Made by a program: the position numbers and the translations under genes. From an uncultured Clostridia bacterium (GTDB lineage: Bacteria > Bacillota > Clostridia > Christensenellales > Borkfalkiaceae), in assembly GCA_947581885.1 (NCBI GenBank), contig CANPWF010000001.1:1-36668 (forward strand): DNA of 36,668 bases, written 5' to 3'. The notes below the pieces were generated by a model. It was not told where the DNA came from. It searched no databases and saw nothing but the letters and a program-made list of their open reading frames with translations. The number at the start of each line of letters is the position of its first letter. Positions within the stretch are counted from its first letter, which is position 1. This document shows positions 31,901 to 36,668 of this stretch, piece after piece.

Positions 31901-34089
31901 GCACCTTCACCGTGGAAGGCGAAGATGAACCCCTCGTGGGCGTCTATTCCATCGTGGACGCCGACAAGAGGATCGTCTGCGTGATGGTCGGGAGCGACCC
32001 CTACTATTTTGATATCACGGATCGGAATTACGTGGTTCGCGGCTCGGAATACGGCGCATATATGTTCATCGTCAACTATGCCAACAACGGGTATCTGTTG
32101 CGCCTTGACGGGCACGAGAAAGCCACGTTGGAGAAGGACGAAATTGTCGTTGCAAACGGTTCGTACAGCGAGAAGAACGGCGTCTATACGCTGGATCTCA
32201 CGTTGGAAACGGAGGTCGCGGGCATCAATACGACGTATACGGGAGCCCTCGGGGAAGTCATACAAAACAATCAGAGATACAACGCCTTCCTTGTGGAATT
32301 CTCCAATGCGCGCAACGTCTATGTGGACCGCACGGAATGGACCGTGCTCATGCTCGACGGCTTCGGCAACGCGGTGCGTTTCGGGCAGTACGGCGGCGCG
32401 GAGCGCGGAACGTACACCGTGCTCACGGATGACCTCGTTTACTATGCGAACAGTGCGGGCACTGATGCGTGCATCTATCAGTACAGCGGCGACGGAATGG
32501 TCGGCGAGATCGTCATGCGGGAATACACCGCGCAGGGCTACTATACCCAAAACCTCGATGCGCTCCTCTTCACGGAATACGGCTTCATGCAGTTCAACGG
32601 CACGACGAGATATTACTACGAAATGGACGACGAGGGGAATGTCACCATTTACCGCCGTGCCTTCGGCGAAGAGGGCGCAAACAAATACGGGTTCCTTAAA
32701 AATGAGATCGGCAAGTTAGAGGATGAGTTGGACCTCAGCGGCATTGTCACAGAAAGCTTCGGTCAAGAGAAGTATTACAGCGCAGACGGCTACGCCATTA
32801 CCTTTAAGCGCGCGGAGGACGATAAATACGACGACACGCACTTCAAATATCCCGTCAGCGTGAGCGAGAAGGATGAAACCCTCTATTCGCTCGAAGACCT
32901 CGTGTTTGCACCCACGGGCGGCGATTCGTTTTCCGTGAGGGCGACGATCATCATCAACGGGAAGGACTATACGGGCACTATCCACCGCGCCGTCGTCAAA
33001 AACGGAGATACAGACGAGGCAACGACTACCGAATGGTATCTCACAAACGGCAACCTCCGCTTTGATCTCGAACTGTACTATCAGGGTGCGGAACACGCTA
33101 CGTACAAAATCACACAGTTGCGGAGCATTCGGACCTATCAGTCGAATATGTATCTTGACGTGTACCTCATGATGCTGCTTTTGCTCGGCTATCCGATGAC
33201 CGATTCGTTCGGCACGATCACCCTCGTCACGGAGTTCAACGAGGATGGTACCCCCGGCGAGGGCGACAAACAGTATATTACGTCGGCGTTCGGGCAGGGT
33301 TCCGCTTTGTACGGGTACGAGTTGGAGAAGCAACCCTACGAATATGACGAAGAGACGGGCATTTACACCGTCGAGTTGCCGGAAAAGAAAGCGGCTTCCG
33401 AAGAAGAGGCCCCCGCCGAAGAGCCCGCCGCTACGTACAAATACCGCCTGTATTTCACCTTGGAACCCAGCGATATGTTCTTGCAGATCGGCTATGAGAT
33501 GTGGGGGTACACCGTTCTCGCGTATACGCGCGTGGAGACGCTTCAAACGTCGGAGGCCGAGCCGCAGTACACCGTCACGGCGGAGCGCGTCCTCTACGGC
33601 GACACCAACAGATATCGGGCGGGCGACTACTATTCGGTGAAACTGCAAAAGGGAGCAGAGGAGACGATCGCCGCGTACGACCATCTGCTCACAGTCGGAG
33701 ATGCACTGTATTATGTGGTGTATACGCGCAAAGAGGAGAAGATCACCGCGGCGAAGTACTACGAACTCAAGTTCACCGAGGAGGACAGCGGATCCATCGC
33801 GGGGGACGAAGTGAAACTTTTGAAGAGCGTCGCGGTCCGCGAGATGGACGCAACGGTCTATTATACCGACGGCGGTTCGTATGCGGAAGTGCTCACGGAC
33901 GGCGCGGAGAAGAAGATCGTCCACGTCTACTACTCGCAGGATTACACCGTCACGGAGTGTGAGTACGATGCAGAAAGCCAAACGTTCACCGTGACGACCT
34001 CGACGGGCAGACGGCTCTCGATCAAGATCACGGACGAAACGGGCAAGAAAATCGAGATCACGGAGATCGTGGAAGAGGCGGAGGAATAA
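28963..34089 (+). CDS. Large surface lipoprotein (1,708 aa): N-terminal Listeria-Bacteroides repeats plus ~1,366 aa of unassigned beta-rich sequence
   Basis: ATG 28963 has a GAGGAG SD ~7 nt upstream; the ORF-track start 28954 is a GTG inside the SD region. The lipobox is VLAAC (Cys codon 29038-29040). Flg_new-type repeats span nt ~29056-29990 (FSFETNGGSPI...GYGFEGWYDN...YYAKW; WQFGAWYLGG...; YKVEIYKQD...). I recognise no family in the remainder. Confidence 0.9.
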   Translation: MKRIGKRLLTCILMALCALCLVLAACGEGDKIEFSFETNGGSPIETVYVDKGETYTLPTPQREGYGFEGWYDNAEFSGTAVTEVVAENPTKYYAKWEQLYEIKLELDGGTLTTGKLYAKTGDAIYDAVKDLVPTKEGWQFGAWYLGGTELSRATQMQTADVTLTAHYKVGYKVEIYKQDTDLEGYTKEEKDYVGYEYITSTPYTPNVAVRGFDLAATQPADGAAPAITSKVLTETPSDNVFRLYYDRKLVEVTIAPNYPDGQAGTPIQRQIRYGCEMELPVAEFAADGYFLYAWSAMDAEGNTDVIESDYIKSLLVNVDGGDAEFSETVEVGEYTSFTALWSKGYTDMMRGVDRIYLFHEDDTVCYLERYGKYFEGEYTPLTHSAYFSNGRKSLEGRLKDDHTFIYALTSRDTMTADYYSFSDGVDSTRQITFDAYDGLTYNNGGSSSDGTYTIDAANNYHVTFTTGELRGQMLVLRLLQSTVDGATRTLFQFRNEEEYEMPILQRALVAEQGGTNVVTYLISNLLSIDLDGYGIAVMNLGDDETTNYYYTRTEEALTLYNTSGRVYGVCKFVMVSNICCYIPYDEDMDVTYTSEDGTLKLDGVSEAIYRPKGKATVTGTYSYTASVFGGNIVTVAINNDHYVFLVKSETSGEGEDIVTTYTYERKPDGYAEYYHTDGRYINFTPIIVINETAEGRASVYGASGTSSQHAFHKVAAGLYTYNANHQTYALTIDHWETYPEDILETPIDLHNLAVIVFGVNTTRTNTALYHVSYWQSIKRTSDEAADDLTTTYTGRVTRGSETVNATLSLVGGFAILKIDTEDWKVGSYSTSNGVTTVNIGLTENTSRFYVELNDGGTKTFTHLNQLLGSARERNADGTSNSNVTFEFNGKGGATLVTQQSESDPKRVAGTIEEQDDIEGVEGTVYKFTPAEEGDTQEFRFVLLTSGSYTYFTRETTDYNGTYTETGGTGTLTLDGFGFRGTFTVEGEDEPLVGVYSIVDADKRIVCVMVGSDPYYFDITDRNYVVRGSEYGAYMFIVNYANNGYLLRLDGHEKATLEKDEIVVANGSYSEKNGVYTLDLTLETEVAGINTTYTGALGEVIQNNQRYNAFLVEFSNARNVYVDRTEWTVLMLDGFGNAVRFGQYGGAERGTYTVLTDDLVYYANSAGTDACIYQYSGDGMVGEIVMREYTAQGYYTQNLDALLFTEYGFMQFNGTTRYYYEMDDEGNVTIYRRAFGEEGANKYGFLKNEIGKLEDELDLSGIVTESFGQEKYYSADGYAITFKRAEDDKYDDTHFKYPVSVSEKDETLYSLEDLVFAPTGGDSFSVRATIIINGKDYTGTIHRAVVKNGDTDEATTTEWYLTNGNLRFDLELYYQGAEHATYKITQLRSIRTYQSNMYLDVYLMMLLLLGYPMTDSFGTITLVTEFNEDGTPGEGDKQYITSAFGQGSALYGYELEKQPYEYDEETGIYTVELPEKKAASEEEAPAEEPAATYKYRLYFTLEPSDMFLQIGYEMWGYTVLAYTRVETLQTSEAEPQYTVTAERVLYGDTNRYRAGDYYSVKLQKGAEETIAAYDHLLTVGDALYYVVYTRKEEKITAAKYYELKFTEEDSGSIAGDEVKLLKSVAVREMDATVYYTDGGSYAEVLTDGAEKKIVHVYYSQDYTVTECEYDAESQTFTVTTSTGRRLSIKITDETGKKIEITEIVEEAEE

Positions 34090-34097
34090 CGCCGAAA

Positions 34098-34140
34098 GAG
34101 AAAAGCGGGAGGGCATTCGCCCTCCCGCTTTTCTCTTCTT
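34098..34140 (+). terminator. Strong rho-independent terminator ending the 26-kb locus
   Basis: A perfect 17-bp stem pairs GAGAAAAGCGGGAGGGC (34098-34114) with GCCCTCCCGCTTTTCTC (34119-34135), with an ATTC loop. A T-rich tail follows. Confidence 0.85.
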
Positions 34141-34215
34141 CCCTTGCTCGCCCCTTTGGGGAATCTTCCTTATTCTTGCCCCCACTTCTCGGGGGTCTTC
34201 AACTGCCCCGGCAGA

Positions 34216-35312
34216 TTGTCAAGTAAGTGCAACGGAATATTGGGAGAAAACTTCGGCGGGAGTTTTCCAGCCGAGACATTTTCTGGGGCGGTTATTTATG
34301 AGGGAAACAACATAGTCCAATTCTTGTTGCGTGACTTTAAGGAAATCGCAGCCTTTGGGGAAAAAGAACCTCAGGATGCCGTTTGTATTTTCGTTCGTTC
34401 CCCGTTGCCAAGGTTTATGCGGCTCGGCGAAATAGACCGGTGCATGCAATGCTTTCTCTATCTCTCTGAACTTGGAGAACTCCGAACCGTTATCAAAACT
34501 TATGCTCTTTACCGGTTTTCCCTCGAACATTGCTATGACCGCCTCTTTGATATCTTCGGACTTCTTCGTATAACAGATCCTTGCCAGTAAATACCTGCTG
34601 TTCCTGTCTACTTGCGAAACAATTACCCCGCATCCCGGTTTCCCCAATACCGTGTCTCCTTCCCAATCGCCTATCCTTAAACGGTTCTTTATCATATCGG
34701 GCCATTCCGGGATGATCCTGTCCGGTTTTATCGTGTAATACTCATTATTTCCGCGCTGGATCTGCTTGCCTCTTCTTCTCAAGTGGGTCCTCCGGCTTAT
34801 ATTGGGGAAGTCTCCTCTCTTGATTGCTCTGTATATCGTAGAAACGCCGAAGATCTTTCGTGACGGGTTTTCTTCTCTCCATCTGTTTGTTATCTCTTCC
34901 GGTGTCCAGAATTGAGTAAATCCCCATATTATGTAATTCCACTCATCCGTATGTGCTTTTAAGCGGTAATGTTTGCTCGACTTCCTCCGCACAATGGAAA
35001 GTGTTTGCGCCCGCCATGAATGATAGCAGTATGGATTATCCGATACGCCCCACTTCGGCTTCTTGGAGCGGTTCCTCCTGACTTCACGGCTCACTGATGA
35101 AGGACTGCGCCCCAAATATTCCGCAATTTTTCTAAAACTATATCCTTCTGCCAGCAATTCTTGTAGATATTTTCTTTCTTCTAGTGTATAATGTGTGTAA
35201 GACAATGTAGTTGCTCTCCCTAATGTTTGTTTGGTCACTTACATTATACAAGAGTTTTCTTACATTGTCCCTTTTTTTATCCCCACCTACACCCGTTGCA
35301 CTTCATATGATA
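34216..35312 (-). mobile_element. IS30-family insertion sequence (~1.1 kb; ends approximate, +/-20 nt)
   Basis: It holds a single DDE transposase ORF. An 11-bp perfect inverted match pairs AAGTGCAACGG (34225-34235) with CCGTTGCACTT (35292-35302). A gapped extension is possible (TTGTCA / TGATAA). As in E. coli IS30, the downstream IR would overlap the transposase stop. Sampled lines are ~40-52% G+C against ~60% in the flanks. I could not identify a target-site duplication. Confidence 0.75.
34219..35205 (-). CDS. IS30-family transposase
   Basis: It has an N-terminal HTH (LEERKYLQELLAEGYSFRKIAEYLGRSPSSVSREVRRN). The DDE/rve core reads IGDWEGDTVLG...SISFDNGSEF...FAEPHKPWQRGTNENTNGILR...NNRPRK. 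The C-terminus ...VALT resembles that of IS30 InsI. The preferred start is TTG 35205 (MSYTHYTLEER..., the usual IS30-family N-terminus), with a GGGAGAG SD 9 nt upstream. The ORF-track start is GTG 35238, which sits only 4 nt from a TATAAT box (minus strand, 35243-35248). Confidence 0.9.
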   Translation of the reverse strand: MSYTHYTLEERKYLQELLAEGYSFRKIAEYLGRSPSSVSREVRRNRSKKPKWGVSDNPYCYHSWRAQTLSIVRRKSSKHYRLKAHTDEWNYIIWGFTQFWTPEEITNRWREENPSRKIFGVSTIYRAIKRGDFPNISRRTHLRRRGKQIQRGNNEYYTIKPDRIIPEWPDMIKNRLRIGDWEGDTVLGKPGCGVIVSQVDRNSRYLLARICYTKKSEDIKEAVIAMFEGKPVKSISFDNGSEFSKFREIEKALHAPVYFAEPHKPWQRGTNENTNGILRFFFPKGCDFLKVTQQELDYVVSLINNRPRKCLGWKTPAEVFSQYSVALT

Positions 35313-35454
35313 ACACGCGCCCCTCCTCAGGGACGCAAGGGGTGGACCCTCATACAGGACCTGCGCCGCGCCTCTTCTCTGTCCTCATACCGAGCCCTGC
35401 GTCCGCCCGCTTTGCGCTCTGTCCTTACGACCTGCTCCCTCTCCTCATACCGAG

Positions 35455-35489
35455 CGCGTCGCCGCGGCTCAAAAAGCCGCGGCGACGCG
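35455..35489. repeat. 15-bp perfect GC-rich hairpin
   Basis: CGCGTCGCCGCGGCT (35455-35469) pairs with AGCCGCGGCGACGCG (35475-35489), with a CAAAA loop. Neither strand has a flanking U-tract. Confidence 0.7.
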
Positions 35490-35625
35490 TGAGCGTATCT
35501 TTCCCAAAAAAATTTTGAAAAAAATCAAAAAAGTTTGGCATACATCGCCAAACAGCAAAAAATTTTGCGGTACAATAACTATGGAAAGAGGAGAGCGGAT
35601 GCAACGAGCGGCGGCGGCCAACAAA

Positions 35626-35696
35626 AAAGCCCTTTGCCCCCACCGCACACAAGCGGCGCGCCGCGCCGCTTGTGTGCGGTGGGGGCAAAGGGCTTT
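35626..35696. repeat. Perfect 71-nt palindrome (35-nt arms); probable minus-strand-oriented intrinsic terminator or a REP/MITE-like element
   Basis: Base-by-base check: 35626-35660 is the exact reverse complement of 35662-35696, centred on C35661. On the minus strand the stem is followed by TTT(TTT)GTTGG. Confidence 0.85.
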
Positions 35697-35728
35697 CAGG
35701 GAAAAAAATTCAAAATTAGATGCCTTGA

Positions 35729-35868
35729 TTTTCGTCCCGTTTTTCCCTTCAAGTCGCCCGAATTTGGTTCTGTTTCCCCCCATAAAACGTCCGAACTTTC
35801 GCCCCGTTTTCTCCTCAAATCGTCCGAATTTTTGCCCGTATTTTCGCCCCGTTTTTGCCCCGAAACGG
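35729..35868. repeat. Degenerate interleaved two-motif repeat array
   Basis: Motif A, TTTCG(Y)CCCGTTTT, occurs at 35729-35744, 35797-35810 and 35841-35856. Motif B, (T)CG(Y)CCGAA(Y)TTT, occurs at 35754-35765, 35788-35799 and 35820-35833. Confidence 0.6.
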
Positions 35869-35883
35869 ACACAAGGGGAAAAT

Positions 35884-35913
35884 GCCGCCCTCGGGAATTT
35901 CACCGAGGGCGGC
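35884..35913 (-). terminator. Probable intrinsic terminator of the convergent DUF697-like gene
   Basis: An 11-bp stem pairs GCCGCCCTCGG (35884-35894) with CCGAGGGCGGC (35903-35913), with an 8-nt loop. It lies 14 nt downstream of the minus-strand stop. On the minus strand ATTTTCCCC follows. Confidence 0.6.
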
Positions 35914-35926
35914 GCCGAAATCGGTT

Positions 35927-36668
35927 TTACACTGCTTCCGCGAGTTTCTTTTTCTTTTTGAGTTGGGTTTCGAGTTCGGAGCACGCCTCCTCGAGTTCGA
36001 CGGGCGTTTCGGAGACGTCCACGCCGTCCAAAATATTTTGCAGGCGGTATTCGGTGTTAAGATACTTAATCGTCTGATAGCCGATGACCGTCGTCAGCGT
36101 GCCGTTGGCGAGCCCCTGCACGGAGGAATCCACGACGGCGGCGATCGCCGAGCCCAAGATGGGAATGCCCTTGACGGCCGAGCCCATCGTCTGCACCACC
36201 GTCTGCCCGATGTTCATGCCGCCTAGCCCGTAGGCGACGAGGGAATTTTGCAGCACCCGCGCGAAAATTTTGGCGAGGCGCGCATCCGACGGGCGGAAGC
36301 CGTAGAGGAACACAAGGTCCTTCACGAGTTGCACGTTGATGAACGCGACGAGCACGGTATCCACCTTTGCCGTCTGCGAGATGGCGGAATACGTCGCCGA
36401 GCGGAGCGAGCTCTTGAAGATGAGGTCCTTTGCCGACTTCTTCACGGAGCCCTTGTAGAGTTCGGTGAGCGTATTTTTGATGCCCTCCTCGTTGCCCGTC
36501 TTGACGGCGATGGCGAGCCTGCCCACGACTTCGGAATCGTACCAGCCCACGCCCTCCACCGAGGCGGTGAGGTCGATGATCTTATCCGCGATATCGTGGC
36601 GCAGTTTGCGGTTGTGCTTCTGCGCCTCGCGCGCCGTGAACCCGTTGACGTTGGTCACGAAGTACCCC
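35927..36668 (-). CDS. DUF697/YcjF-like membrane protein, C-terminal ~247 aa (5' end off-window)
   Basis: The frame is open to the window edge, and the ORF-track 'M' at 36658 is an internal GTG. Segments VDTVLVAFINVQLVKDLVFLYGFRPSDARLAKIFARVLQNSLVAYGLGG and GIPILGSAIAAVVDSSVQGLANG resemble the YcjF/DUF697 core. That family call is from memory. Confidence 0.65.
   Translation of the reverse strand, partial: GYFVTNVNGFTAREAQKHNRKLRHDIADKIIDLTASVEGVGWYDSEVVGRLAIAVKTGNEEGIKNTLTELYKGSVKKSAKDLIFKSSLRSATYSAISQTAKVDTVLVAFINVQLVKDLVFLYGFRPSDARLAKIFARVLQNSLVAYGLGGMNIGQTVVQTMGSAVKGIPILGSAIAAVVDSSVQGLANGTLTTVIGYQTIKYLNTEYRLQNILDGVDVSETPVELEEACSELETQLKKKKKLAEAV

Noticed and set aside
8147-34089. Diversity-generating retroelement or another hypervariation system acting on the LRR proteins
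   Set aside because: The window contains no reverse transcriptase gene. I noticed no template/variable repeat pair with adenine-specific differences. I could not exhaustively compare the LRR-coding DNA by eye, so a dot-plot is still worthwhile.
18966-34185. Long minus-strand ORFs opposite moxR, the VWA genes and the lipoprotein genes (18966-20465, 22386-23222, 23171-24739, 25783-26982, 28852-30111, 30538-32550, 32716-34185)
   Set aside because: The reasoning is the same. The sense strand carries unmistakable Walker, MIDAS, LRR and lipobox signatures. The antisense products are low-complexity.
34144-34590. 148-aa + strand ORF at the left end of the IS
   Set aside because: It is antisense to the well-supported IS30 transposase C-terminus. 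It has no SD and no recognisable motif.
35700-35880. CRISPR array
   Set aside because: The repeats are short (12-16 nt), degenerate and irregularly spaced, and two motifs are interleaved. There are no spacers of uniform length, and no cas genes lie in the window.
35599-35961. + strand ORF with a plausible SD (AGAGGAGAG, ATG 35599) encoding a Pro/Phe/Arg-rich repetitive peptide (…RPNFRPVF…), and its minus-strand counterpart 35469-35984 (…GRKFGRF…)
   Set aside because: Both run through the perfect palindrome and the degenerate DNA repeats. This explains their repetitive and partly identical peptides. They overlap the 3' end of the DUF697-like gene and two terminator-like hairpins. They show no family resemblance and are most likely non-coding.

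Overview
This is a 36.7-kb high-G+C chromosomal window, about 58-60% G+C on lines I counted by eye. It carries Gram-positive/Clostridia-like signals: GGAGG-type SDs, lipobox lipoproteins and Listeria-Bacteroides repeats. All domain calls come from reading the translations by eye; no searches were run.

Layout:
(i) 1-2808: pheS 3' end, pheT and an intrinsic terminator.
(ii) 2832-7777: an eight-gene MarR-led flavin/redox operon. It encodes MarR, a flavodoxin, an Isf-like Fe-S flavoprotein, an Fe-S aldo/keto reductase, a CMD-cupin fusion and an ABM monooxygenase. It ends with an exported cyclophilin-like lipoprotein and an exported flavodoxin lipoprotein whose leaders are 47/48 nt identical.
(iii) 7778-8146: an AT-rich control region with five 12-bp-phased TGCAT units. 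Its consensus -35/extended -10 promoter has an over-long 19-nt spacer containing a G9 tract.
(iv) 8147-34089: the stand-out. Eight same-strand genes (~26 kb) sit between that promoter and a 17-bp-stem terminator. They encode a 3,270-aa BspA-type LRR lipoprotein, a 3-TM protein with an external Listeria-Bacteroides repeat, a MoxR AAA+ ATPase, a DUF58 protein, a BatA-like TM-VWA protein, a double-VWA membrane protein, a 962-aa LRR lipoprotein and a 1,708-aa lipoprotein whose last ~1,366 aa I cannot assign. I read this as a candidate undescribed MoxR/VWA-assisted surface-adhesin system, possibly phase-variable through the G9 tract.
(v) ~34216-35312: an IS30-family insertion sequence with lower G+C.
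(vi) 35313-35926: non-coding DNA rich in repeats, including a perfect 71-nt palindrome.
(vii) 35927-36668: the 3' part of a convergent DUF697/YcjF-like gene.

I recognised no rRNA, tRNA or CRISPR array.
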